This document shows, one piece after another, positions 1 through 9,780 of a stretch of DNA of 32,000 nucleotides. This DNA comes from Paramicrosporidium saccamoebae KSL3. Its lineage: Eukaryota > Fungi > Cryptomycota. Under the pieces are notes generated by a model. It was not told the DNA's origin. It worked only from the letters and a program-made list of their open reading frames with translations, and ran no database searches. The stretch lies in NCBI GenBank assembly GCA_002794465.1, contig MTSL01000208.1, positions 65,032-97,031 on the forward strand, in the 5' to 3' direction. The position numbers and the translations under genes are program-made. Each line of letters starts with the position of its first letter. Within the stretch, counting starts at the first letter, position 1.

Positions 1-45
1 TCTCTCCCCGCCTGACAAAGTCCGTGGTATTATCCCCACTACGCG
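1..45. repeat. Dispersed ~45-nt repeat, copy A (may extend beyond window start)
   Basis: 7-31 CCCGCCTGACAAAGTCCGTGGTATT is identical to 30563-30587; similarity continues as ATCCCC(A/G)CTACG after a 3-nt indel. Confidence 0.9.
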
Positions 46-241
46 ACAACATCAATAGAACGTAGGATTGTCACCATGTCGGGGTACAGTCTATTATCGA
101 TAAAATCTATTCATGCACCAACCGATTACCATAACATTGGTAACCCTCCATCTCTATCTATGTCTATACCCAATCTCATATTTAATTACGAAATCATTAT
201 CCAACTAAACAACTTTTCTCTTTTTCTCAATCCTCTCCTAT

Positions 242-1971
242 TTAGGCAGTCTTGATGACTCCGGCAGCAATTAGTTTGCGCAATTTCTGAGCAATAACTG
301 GATTCTGCATGTGTTCTTGGACAGCACGAGGGTCAGACTGCATTTGCTTCAGAATCTGTACCATCACGGGATCACTAAGAATTTCACGCACTTCGGGATT
401 CTGGGCCGCACGCTGCAATACCGTCTCATCCGACTCGTCATCCCCGCCACGCATGTCTGTATAACAACGTCCCATCAATGTCTGGATCTCTCCCGTGTGT
501 TTTCCCTCAGTGTCGTTTTGTGCTGCTCGATCCAGGGTTGCAATGGCCTCGGAATAATCGCGGCGCATATGGAGCAGATGGGCACGACGCAAATGGGCCT
601 TAACAAAGGTCGGGTCCAATTGGATGGCGCGATCACAGTCCTTAATGCCCTCCGGTACTGCTGTGAGCTTCATGTAACAGGCTGCGCGATTAGAGTAGGC
701 GCGTGGATCCTGTTCGTCTCGCTTAATGGCCTCGGTGTAATGTTTCACCGCCGCAACATAGTTGCCCTGTTTGAAGCAGTCATTTCCTGCATTGCGCTCC
801 GTCTCGGCAATCTGCGGATTATGGTAGGCATTCTTGCGCTGCTCCTCTAACAGACGTTCAGCACTCTTCAGCTTATCCAAAATGTCCGCGGTTCGATGCT
901 CCGTCAGACTCTTTTGGTAATAATCAATGGCCATGGCCAGATCGTTCAGCTTTTCATGGCAGGCGCCAATGCGACCCAGTGCCTTGGCAATCAGTTTAAA
1001 GTCGGCATAACATTCACGACCCCGAGCTGCTGCCTCTTCACAGAGTGTCATGCATTGTGCATATTCGCCCTGTTCGAAAAAGACGGCCGATTTGTTGGTC
1101 AGCAAAGACAAATTCTCTGGATCCAATGCAATTGCAGCATCATAATGACGCAGAGCCCCTTCAAAATCCCTCTTCTTGTAGGCTGCATTTCCCAACTCTT
1201 TTTCCTTTGTCGCCTCGGGATTACTGTTTGATGTGTTTGAACCCTGTTTAGAGTTGGGTGTCTTAGTATCAGCCTTATCTACCGTCGTGTCGGCCTCCTT
1301 TGCCTTTGTTTCAACTTTCTCTGCCGTTCCATCCTTTTTTACGGCCACATCCACTCCAAGCATCACTCCAAAAGCTTGGGTTACTCGCGGATCGCTAATG
1401 TGTTTGGTGAGGCTTTTGGGGTCGGCGCGGATTTCGTCCATTATTCGGACAAATTGCGGATCTTTTAAATGTTCGCGCATCTTCTCGTCACCTTTTAGCT
1501 TATCCCACAGCATCGGATCAGCAAACGGATTGTCTACCGGTTTGAACTGGTCGCCTAACTCTGCTTCCATCCGCTCCACCGTCTCCAGCCCCTTTTTCAG
1601 TTGAATATTTTCTGGATCGAGCTCTACAGCGCGGGCATATGCTTCTTTGGCTTCTGAAAGTCGACCCAGACCGAGCAATGCCGCTCCTCGACGTCCATAG
1701 CCCTTTGGCCAGTCCTGTTTCAGAGAGACAGCTCGTTCTGCATCCGTCAATGCCGCTTCATAGTTTCGCAGCGATGCGTACGACGCAGAACGGTTGGACC
1801 ACAAAATATGATTAGTCGGGTCCATATCCAATGCTGCACTGAACTGCTCAATAGATTCAGCGTATTTACCCGCACTGAATGCAGTGTTCCCCGCCACCTT
1901 TAGCTGTTCCACTTGCTGCAAACAATATTAGCACCCCACATGCACGTCAGTCCTACCTCGTTTGTCGTCAT
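242..1971 (-). CDS. STI1: Hsp70/Hsp90 organising co-chaperone Sti1/HOP (TPR1-DP1-TPR2A-TPR2B-DP2)
   Basis: ORF 242-1921 has three TPR clusters and two DP domains (NPFADP, ILSDPVM...DPRAVQEHMQNP). Exon 1 MTTNE at 1971-1957, then a 41-nt intron 1956-1916 (GTAGGA...GCTAAT...TTGCAG, phase 0). Confidence 0.96.
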
Positions 1972-2013
1972 TATTTCTCCTAGTGAGAACCTTTGCCAAT
2001 GACCCGTGGAATG

Positions 2014-2028
2014 AGAGTTTTCTAGAAG
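2014..2028. promoter_or_regulatory. Heat-shock element upstream of STI1
   Basis: aGAGt-tTTCt-aGAAg: three alternating nGAAn units (one mismatch) with a TTCTAGAA core, about 45 nt upstream of the STI1 ATG; CCAATCA at 2037-2043. Confidence 0.6.
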
Positions 2029-2058
2029 GAGCGCAGCCAATCAAAAGTGTCATAATGT

Positions 2059-2652
2059 TTAGTATCTTCGTCCATTGCTATTTGTACTGTAATCTCGACC
2101 ATGTGACCGATCCGAACGAAAGTTGCTTGACCGAGAATTGAACCGCGACCTTGATCTCTGATCGTCAAGGCCGTCTCGGACGGTCTGTTTCCCGCGATGA
2201 CTCAGGCGAGACTCGATGCGTTCAGCCGGGAATGCATCCGCTCCAAATCCAATGGCAACGTCAATAAAATCGCCCTGCACAAACCTAATCTCTTCCAATG
2301 TTCTCCCGTCATCCCGTCCTCCCCTTCCCGCCCATACACTCCCCAATTGCTTATAATGGCATTCGCCGCGATAATCCTGATATATGAGACGGAAGGAGAA
2401 GCGGGCGTCGCGACGACGACATTCGACATTTACCTCTTTGAGGAGGTCAACGAGCTCTAGAAGGGTGGCGTCGCGCCAAGTGTAAATTTCCACCTCGTCG
2501 TCGGATGGCTGATGTGTTGCTGTGAATTCTTCGAGACGATGGTGACCATGCATCCGACAAAATAGACGCACATACATGGGACAAGTCTTTTTCCTATCCA
2601 AACCGCCGCTTTGGGCTATGGGTTCGTCTGGAGAATGGGAGCCTTCCGACAT
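2059..2652 (-). CDS. SAP18: Sin3-associated polypeptide SAP18 (ASAP/PSAP complex)
   Basis: DRKKTCPMYVRLF, EVEIYTWRDATLLEL and RFVQGDFIDVAI match SAP18 motifs; RS-rich tail; ATG at 2652 chosen over the upstream non-ATG extension. Confidence 0.93.
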   Translation of the reverse strand: MSEGSHSPDEPIAQSGGLDRKKTCPMYVRLFCRMHGHHRLEEFTATHQPSDDEVEIYTWRDATLLELVDLLKEVNVECRRRDARFSFRLIYQDYRGECHYKQLGSVWAGRGGRDDGRTLEEIRFVQGDFIDVAIGFGADAFPAERIESRLSHRGKQTVRDGLDDQRSRSRFNSRSSNFRSDRSHGRDYSTNSNGRRY

Positions 2653-2753
2653 GTGGTATGAGTGTATTGAATGTGCCGAATATAATGGATATACGGAATA
2701 TACCAAATGTTCCGAATACACCGTTTGACCTCCCTGGACACACTCGACACGCA

Positions 2754-3001
2754 ATGACGGACAAGCAGGTCACTCTGGGCATGCTCGAGGAAGACGACGA
2801 ATTTGAAGAATTCCCCGTCGAAGGTACCATAGCATATCCAAACTCGATACTAGCGACATGATAGATTGGGAAGAGGGTGCCGAGAATAAACTGGACGTGG
2901 AACAGTGGGAGGCTGATTGGGACGACGACAACCTCGATGACGACTTTTCCAAACAACTGCGGACAGAATTGGAACGTATGGAGGCCACTAACGCCAAATA
3001 G
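2754..3001 (+). CDS. SEM1: Sem1/DSS1 proteasome lid and TREX-2 subunit, 68 aa
   Basis: Exons 2754-2823 and 2865-3001, 41-nt intron. Product [27 protein letters not shown]...[22 protein letters not shown] is the DSS1 signature. Confidence 0.95.
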
Positions 3002-3045
3002 TCTGTAATAAAATTCATGTAATCCTTGTTCGGGGTGTACGTGCC

Positions 3046-5028
3046 ATGAGCTGTACGGTAGAGCAGGCGCAACTAAAGGTACTCCCACATTACTGATAGT
3101 TGACGATGCAGTTGCAGGAGGACCCTATGAATGTGACGGCAACTGAAACGCTACTCATTGCATATCGACAGCTGGGGGACCTGGAGAGTCTAGCTGGCGC
3201 ATGGAACCACCTGCAGAGTATTACGGCATTAACGGCCCAACAATGGCTGGCCCGGATGGAGGACGGATGCGTCGAACGACCCGATACAGCGGATGTACAG
3301 GTTTGGAAACGATACTTGGAGATACGTGGACCGACAGTGCTAGAAGAGGCAAGGGAAGCGTGTAGATGGCACCTGGGGGAAGGTTGGAAGCTTTGGACAG
3401 AACTAAGTCAAATACCGCCCATAGATGTACCCTATACCTGCTGTAATGATGAATCAGACCTTGCGGAAATGGCCCAACAAGTGCGGTCCTGGGAGGAACA
3501 ATTGGCGACCACAAAGGGGAGTTGGGAGTCGTTCAAGACTTATTTAGGAGGGGTTGACAATCTAAACCTCCCAACCGAGTCGATATTTGAGATTAAAAAA
3601 ACTATTCTCCAAAGAGCATTGGACACGGAAGGCCTACTACACAACGAAGTGGTTTGGCTTGAATATCTGGACTTGGTCTCGTTCCAGCGTCCTGATTTGT
3701 ATGGTTTAATAGTACGCATGGCAATGAATACTTGTCGGCAGAGCATCAAGTTGCGAACACAAGCATTGCTGCTGGCAGAGAGCACAGGGATGTGGACAAC
3801 AGTAGAGCAGGCCTTGGCAGTGTCACTGCGGGGCTATGATCCAACCACATTTGACGAATTGGTACAGTTGCATTTATCGTATTGTGTTGCTGCTCGACGT
3901 TTGCTGTGGATTGCAGATCCAGGAGCCGCTCGAAAAGTGTTCCAGGAAGTAACGGACACACTAAATCGTCTTGGATCCGATTCAAAGATTCAAAGCTATT
4001 GGATGCGGTTAGAGTATTTGTCTGGAAATGTCAAGATGGGACGGGTGCTCCGCGAACAATTGAGCAAAATGAGTGGTAATGATTTGCGATGGTGGTTGGG
4101 AGCCACCTATCTTGAAATATCCGCTCGGGAATATGACGAGGCGAGAAGTCTTTTTAAAGAAGCATTAGCTGTAATTCCTCCCGAAAGCACGTCCCGACTA
4201 TTGGGCGAGTGGGAGCAACTTGAATTACAGAATGGGACCTTGGAAAGCTGGCTGGATTTTGTGCACATTTCAAAACAGTATGCACGGGATGAAAAGATTT
4301 TTGATCGACCGATGCCAAAGAGACGGATGGAGGAGCCGTTGGAGAAGAGGAGAAAAGTGTCGCCCATCGAGCCGACACCAGCAGTGCCATCAACAGAACC
4401 GGAATACGATCCAAAAACGACAGTGTTCCTAAGCAATTTGACCTTTAAAGCCAAGGAGCCAGAGATCAGGTCTTTTCTTGGACAATTAGTTGGGACTGAA
4501 CCCACCCTTGTCGTCATCAGTCGTGACAAGTCAGGAAAGTCAAGGGGACTCGCCCATGTAGTGTTCTCCTCCGAAATGTTGGTTCAGAAGACGATTGCGC
4601 AGGATCGCGCCCTCTTTATGGGACGTCCCTTGTTCGTTAGTGAATACCAAGCCGTGCCCAAGACGGAACGCCGACGAATTGAATACCAAACCGGGCGAGA
4701 TCCCAAAGTGCTCTTTGTCAGCCATCTGGCCGAGGTAACTACCAAAGAGGACATTGACGCATTGTTTGCAGGCCTCGATGGATTCAAGGCCAGTCGACTG
4801 GTAGTGACCAAGGCGGGACATTTCAAGGGAGCAGCCTATGTGGAGTTTGATGATGAATCTTTGGCGTCTCGGGCGTTGGCTATGGATGGCACGGAACTGC
4901 GGGACAGTCGGATTCGTGTGCAAATCTCGGATCCTGAAATGGCAAAGAGTCGAGCCGCTCGTCTGCAAATGGTGCCCCGAGCGGTGCAGGCAAGTAAACA
5001 CGCACGTCCCCGCATCCAGAATACATGA
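3046..5028 (+). CDS. PRP24: U4/U6 recycling factor Prp24/SART3 (HAT repeats + 2 RRMs)
   Basis: HAT-like helical N-terminus, basic linker, RRMs TVFLSNL/SRGLAHVVF and VLFVSHL/FKGAAYVEF. 5' end uncertain: ATG 3046 with intron 3058-3099 (42 nt) or 3079-3099 (21 nt), or ATG 3106. Confidence 0.85.
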
Positions 5029-5173
5029 ACAAGGACATTAAGAATAAATGCATATTCTTTCTGGTTTCCCGATCGGTGGGGGCCAACAAAGGATGACTTC
5101 CATTTTTGGCCAAATGTGGATACTCCAAACAGGAAGGAGATCGCATACCGGATAGTACGTGGTTCACAACACA

Positions 5174-6619
5174 ATGCTGAAAGGGCTGGTGGTGGTTCTG
5201 AGTGTAGTGGGCTCAACATGGGCGCAAGTGCAGACGGTGGGGACGTTCCCGCACACGACATTCGCGTCATTGGGAGTAAACGGACGACATGCCTACTCCC
5301 TGCCGCCCATGGACAATGCGCGCATCTTGGCACGCGAGATGGTTGCGCGACAGCGAGGCGGGACAAAGCCGTACAAGTTTGGAGAGGCGGTGGACTTTGA
5401 GTTGGACATTAAGCGAGACGGAGAATGGAGCATTGACGACAGTGGTACTGCCCGAGTATGGCGGGCCGTCATCCAATCACCGGGAGCGTCATCGCTTAGT
5501 GTGTTGTTCCGCAAGTTCTTCCTACCACCCGGATCCGAGTTCTATGTAATCGGACAGAACATGACATTGGGAGCCTTCACTGGACGACTGAACAACAAGG
5601 CGGATCTGGCCTTTTCAACGTCGCCCGTAACAGGAGATGCCATTGTGTTGGAGTATTGGGAGGCCATCAATGATCTGTTTGATCGGGAGGCCATCAAGAC
5701 GGAGAGCGAAAGTGCAAGTTTGGTGGTGTCGGGGATTGTGCACGGCTTCCGTAAGAGTCCCACCCATCTGCGCGACTCGGGCAGCTGCAACATTGACGTT
5801 GCCTGTCCCTTGGGCAACAAATACCGCGATCTGATCAACTCGGTGGGTATCTTTATCACCGACTCGGGCCAACGTTTCTGTACCGGTGCAGTTTTGAACA
5901 ATCCGCGTCAGGATGGACGTCAGTTGTTCTTGACAGCCAATCACTGCATCTTCCAGGATGTTAGTCGGTTCATTGTCGGCTTCAACTACCAATTCAAGAC
6001 GTGTGTTTCCGGTGGGGCCTCTTTCCCTGGCGAAATGCCTATGAACACTGTGCAGGGAATGCGATTGTTGGGAAAGTGGGATAAGAGCGACTTTGCCTTG
6101 TTGGAGATTCTGGAGAACATTCCCGACTCGTACAATGTCTTCTATGCTGGCTGGAGTCGCGATCGTATTGCTCCTGCCAATGTCACGGGTATCCATCATC
6201 CCAGCGGCGATGTCAAGAAGATTTCTCACTATTCGGGCCAGACTACGCCAGGAACTTGGCTGGAGATGCCCAACAAGTACCATTGGGTCATTCCCGCCTG
6301 GACATATGGTATCACTGAGCCAGGCAGCTCTGGATCTCCCCTGTTTGACTCGCGTGGTCGTGTTGTTGGCCATTTGCATGGCGGTCAGAGTAGCTGCGAC
6401 ACGCCCGACATGTTTGACATGTATGGTGCCCTCGCCTATGATTGGGAGACGGGACCCAGCGAGTCTTCCCGTGTGAAGCAGTTCTTCGACCCCGACAACC
6501 GTCGTGTCCGGGCCATGGGCGGCAGCTACTACACCAGCTCCAAGAAGGGTCCCGCCAAGGAGGCCGTAGTCAAACAGACGCCCCCCACCAACGACGATGA
6601 GATTGAATATGAAGCGTAA
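5174..6619 (+). CDS. Secreted trypsin-like (S1) serine protease, lysyl endopeptidase/Achromobacter protease I-like
   Basis: Signal peptide MLKGLVVVLSVVGSTWA, long pro-domain, SGSCNIDVACP start of mature domain, catalytic motifs LTANHC (His), SDFALL (Asp), GSSGSPLFD (Ser); intronless. Confidence 0.88.
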   Translation: MLKGLVVVLSVVGSTWAQVQTVGTFPHTTFASLGVNGRHAYSLPPMDNARILAREMVARQRGGTKPYKFGEAVDFELDIKRDGEWSIDDSGTARVWRAVIQSPGASSLSVLFRKFFLPPGSEFYVIGQNMTLGAFTGRLNNKADLAFSTSPVTGDAIVLEYWEAINDLFDREAIKTESESASLVVSGIVHGFRKSPTHLRDSGSCNIDVACPLGNKYRDLINSVGIFITDSGQRFCTGAVLNNPRQDGRQLFLTANHCIFQDVSRFIVGFNYQFKTCVSGGASFPGEMPMNTVQGMRLLGKWDKSDFALLEILENIPDSYNVFYAGWSRDRIAPANVTGIHHPSGDVKKISHYSGQTTPGTWLEMPNKYHWVIPAWTYGITEPGSSGSPLFDSRGRVVGHLHGGQSSCDTPDMFDMYGALAYDWETGPSESSRVKQFFDPDNRRVRAMGGSYYTSSKKGPAKEAVVKQTPPTNDDEIEYEA

Positions 6620-6982
6620 TGGTACTATTGGATAGTGTTATGCAAATCTGTAAAATCCTATTTCATCTGTATTGGTGTTGATGGCTGTTTTGTTCGGTTG
6701 ATACTCACTGATTATTATTCTAGCAAAGATTATATATTTCGCATGTCTTGTGTGTTATGCGTGTTTCGAGTATTCCAAATCTTTCGTGCATCGATTCAGA
6801 GTGTTCAAAGGTCTGTCGACTCATAATATCTCTAACAACACACTATATTCACTACTCTTTCTTAATATCCCATACCACTCATTTAACATTACTTTTCATG
6901 GATCAGACCACGAAAACTAGAATGAAGAATCTCACATATTTATGGACACAAATAAAAGATTAATCTTAATCTTTTACAGTGT

Positions 6983-8263
6983 ATGCGGGATGAGGCGAAG
7001 GCGGCGGCTCTGCATCCATGGACATTATGGCAGAGAGTAGTTATGGTGCTGACTGCATTCTTCGTATCCGCATCCATGTCAGGTGTCACTACCGGCCATC
7101 TTGCCTTCCGTGAAGTATTACTTATGACTCAGGACTATCTGTGCACAAACGAGGGCGAAATGCATCGTGGCACATCCTGTTACCGCCACGAATTACTGCT
7201 GAATGGTGTCTTTTTCCTTTCGACGCTGGTCGTCAAGGTCTTGGCCCTGCCCATGGGCGTTGTGCTGGACACTTATGGTCCCCGTACTACTAGCATGCTC
7301 GGCTGTGTCGTCTTTGCCGTTGGATGTCTGCTGTTGGCTGCATCGGATCTGCGGCTTGGATGGCTGCACCATTTAGGTTACTGCGTCATGGCTGTGGGTG
7401 GAGTGTGGGTCTATGTGCCTACTCTACAGCTATGTCGCATTCTCCCTGAATTGTCGGGTCTTATGATGGCTGTCATGACCAGTGCTTTTGACGCCTCTGC
7501 CGTCGTCTTTTACGTCATTGGTCTGATTTACAAAAAGTTGGGCGGCCTTCTCTCCCTCCATCATATCCTCGCTGCCTATACCGTTGTGCCCATTATTGGT
7601 TTTGTCCTTGTGACCTCCTTCTATCCCGATGGAAACATTCCCGTCACAGTCCGGAAGAATGAGGGATTATCGTCAAAAAGTATTCGTAATACTCTTGGGT
7701 CACTCGATTTCTGGATTGTTGCCTTCTTCACTGGTATTTCCACCAGTCGGTTTACTCATTTCCTTGCCACCTTCAACATTCAGCTGGCGAGGACGGAACT
7801 TTCCTGGACGTTCCAACGCTCTCTCCTCGATGGGTTTCAGACCTTTCTTCCTTTGGGAGGACTGATCAGCATGACAGCTGTGGGCCAGTTGTTACATTCG
7901 TTTCCATTGTCTGTCAACATGTTTCTCTTGTGGGTCAGCATTGTTCTGCTCTGGGAACCACTTATGAACAGTCGAGCTCATGATATGCAAGCCGCCTCTG
8001 TACTCCTCTGTTCTCTCCTCCGCCCCTTCTACTACGCCGTGCACAACCAGCTCTGTGAGCGATTGTTCGGGAATGGACGACTAGGCCACACCTACGGGCT
8101 CGTGCTGCTGATTTCTGCCCTCATCAACATATCTCTTGCCTACATAATTTATGACAGCGATCAGCTTCGCTGTTGGCTCACTGTACAACTCTGGCGCGCA
8201 GTCAATCTTGGGTCAAAACTGTCCATATTACTGCCCATCTATCTCTACTATCGTCGCTTGTAG
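6983..8263 (+). CDS. MFS transporter, LAT3/SLC43 / yeast Fmp42-like
   Basis: 426 aa with about 12 hydrophobic segments; motifs LPMGVVLDTYGPR and AFDASAVVF typical of the Fmp42/SLC43 family. Confidence 0.8.
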   Translation: MRDEAKAAALHPWTLWQRVVMVLTAFFVSASMSGVTTGHLAFREVLLMTQDYLCTNEGEMHRGTSCYRHELLLNGVFFLSTLVVKVLALPMGVVLDTYGPRTTSMLGCVVFAVGCLLLAASDLRLGWLHHLGYCVMAVGGVWVYVPTLQLCRILPELSGLMMAVMTSAFDASAVVFYVIGLIYKKLGGLLSLHHILAAYTVVPIIGFVLVTSFYPDGNIPVTVRKNEGLSSKSIRNTLGSLDFWIVAFFTGISTSRFTHFLATFNIQLARTELSWTFQRSLLDGFQTFLPLGGLISMTAVGQLLHSFPLSVNMFLLWVSIVLLWEPLMNSRAHDMQAASVLLCSLLRPFYYAVHNQLCERLFGNGRLGHTYGLVLLISALINISLAYIIYDSDQLRCWLTVQLWRAVNLGSKLSILLPIYLYYRRL

Positions 8264-8340
8264 AACTTTGTATTATAACCTCTATACAACCATTATTCTG
8301 AATATATTAATATCGTTGTGGTAACCATGACTATAGCCGT

Positions 8341-8404
8341 CATATCATCATATCATATCATATATGTTGCTCTACCCACAATGATTACTATTACTATTAC
8401 CATT
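8341..8404. repeat. AT-rich low-complexity short tandem repeats, (ATCAT)n and (TATTAC)n
   Basis: catatcatcatatcatatcatat at 8341-8363 and attactattactattac at 8384-8400, in the convergent spacer between the MFS gene and MZT1. Confidence 0.6.
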
Positions 8405-8511
8405 GCCATGCTCATGCTGCTAAACACTAATGAGTATCCACTATTTACTATACACTCTACACTCTGCCTCCCCCCATATCCTACACCATCACACCTTCCT
8501 CTAAACACAGT

Positions 8512-8768
8512 TTATTCATAAGTGCCAATGGTGGCCAATTTCGATTGCGCAGATTCGCGTTCCAGTGTCTTCAGCAGACTGGTAATCGAGGCCGGACTAA
8601 TGTCCATCTGTAGTAACTCTACACACTTACAGAATGAGATTAGTGTGGCAATGTACAATTTCAGCAACATACTTGGACATTCCCGAATTCACGTTCAGCA
8701 GCAATTCTACCAAAGCCTCCTGTGCTAGCAATAATAAGAATTCAACTTGTCTGGTTACTCGACGACAT
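8512..8768 (-). CDS. MZT1: MOZART1 (gamma-tubulin complex recruitment factor), 63 aa, not in ORF track
   Basis: Exons 8768-8759, 8724-8657, 8625-8512; introns 34 nt and 31 nt (CTAAT branch, AAG acceptor). Product MSSTQEALVELLLNVNSGMSKYVAEICVELLQMDISPASITSLLKTLERES aligns without gaps to the MZT1 core [34 protein letters not shown]. Confidence 0.8.
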
Positions 8769-8808
8769 TTGAAGCGCCGAATGCGCCGGACCAATCGGAT
8801 ACGTTCAA

Positions 8809-9682
8809 ATGGTACTTCCTGCTCCTGCTTCTCACTAATTCAGTCCCGTCGATACGACTCTAAAACTACCACATTCTCGCCAGAGGGTATGCCTTCTTGT
8901 CATTAGATAGTTGACATTTGCAGGTCGCCTGTTCCAGGTAGAGTACGCCATGGAGGCCATTTCTCACGCCGGCACTTCGCTCGGTATCCTCGGCACTGAC
9001 GGAATTCTTCTTGCCGCTGAAAAGAAAATCACTAGCAAGCTTCTTGACCCGCGTCAGGCACAAGAAAAGATATTCACTATTAGCGAGTAACTGTCTTGCT
9101 CGTCGAGCTAACATGTAGTGACATTATGTGCGTCGTCGCCGGCATCACCTCGGACGCAAATATTCTGATTGACCATGCAAGACTTACCTGTCAGCGCTAC
9201 AAATACGCTTATGCGGAACCCATTCCTGTGGAGCAACTTGTGCAGACGCTGTGCAACCTCAAGCAAAGCTACACCCAGCACGGCGGGATGCGTCCCTTTG
9301 GCACCTCTTTCCTAATTGCTGGCTGGGACAAGATATATGGATACCAGCTGTATCAGAGCGATCCTTCGGGAAATTATAGTGGCTGGAAGGCGACCTGCAT
9401 CGGGAGCAACAGTGCGACTGCACAGTCCATCTTCAAGACGGATTATCCCGATGAGGGTTTCTCGGTGGAGGAGGGAAAGAAAATGCTGGTCAAGGTACTA
9501 ACCAAGACGACAGAGAGCACCTCTCTTTCTGGCGAGAAGCGTAAGACTGTCCAACGATTCTATAATATGTAGTGGAGATTGCACTGATGCAGAGGAGTGA
9601 GGGCAAGACAGCGCAGGCGGTTCACACCGGTAACGATGTGGACGTCTTTATTAAGGCAATCCAGACTACCATGGAATCGTAA
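8809..9682 (+). CDS. PRE9: 20S proteasome subunit alpha-3 (PSMA4/Pre9)
   Basis: Exons 8809-8811 (ATG only), 8844-8886, 8924-9086, 9119-9540, 9573-9682; introns 32/37/32/32 nt. [32 protein letters not shown] and [18 protein letters not shown] are alpha-3 signatures. Confidence 0.96.
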
Positions 9683-9780
9683 TTTCTTAATAATACGTAC
9701 GTACAAGTAAACATGTAACACTACTTTCTGGCTGACTGTATTGGTCCGGTCCACCCTGGCCAGGGCTTCCTAGATACAAG

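Noticed and set aside
311-1604. Plus-strand ORFs 311-850, 896-1231, 1233-1604
   Set aside because: Antisense shadows of STI1 with no recognisable motifs. The same applies to most 60-250 aa track ORFs opposite or out of frame with the called genes (e.g. 5615-6379, 19610-20104, 27772-28191).
2594-3088. 164-aa minus-strand ORF spanning SAP18/SEM1
   Set aside because: Antisense to the well-supported spliced SEM1; its poly-Ser stretch is simply the complement of SEM1 Glu/Asp codons.
4994-5019. Possible 26-nt terminal intron in PRP24 giving …KYMNKDIKNKCIFFL
   Set aside because: Shorter than any well-supported intron here, lacks a branch motif, and the new tail does not match the SNxDF LSm motif; AATAAA at 5043 fits the unspliced stop.
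5101-5116. CATTTTTGGCCAAATG imperfect palindrome before the protease, considered as an insertion scar
   Set aside because: Short, imperfect, with no partner at the 3' end of the gene and no target-site duplication.
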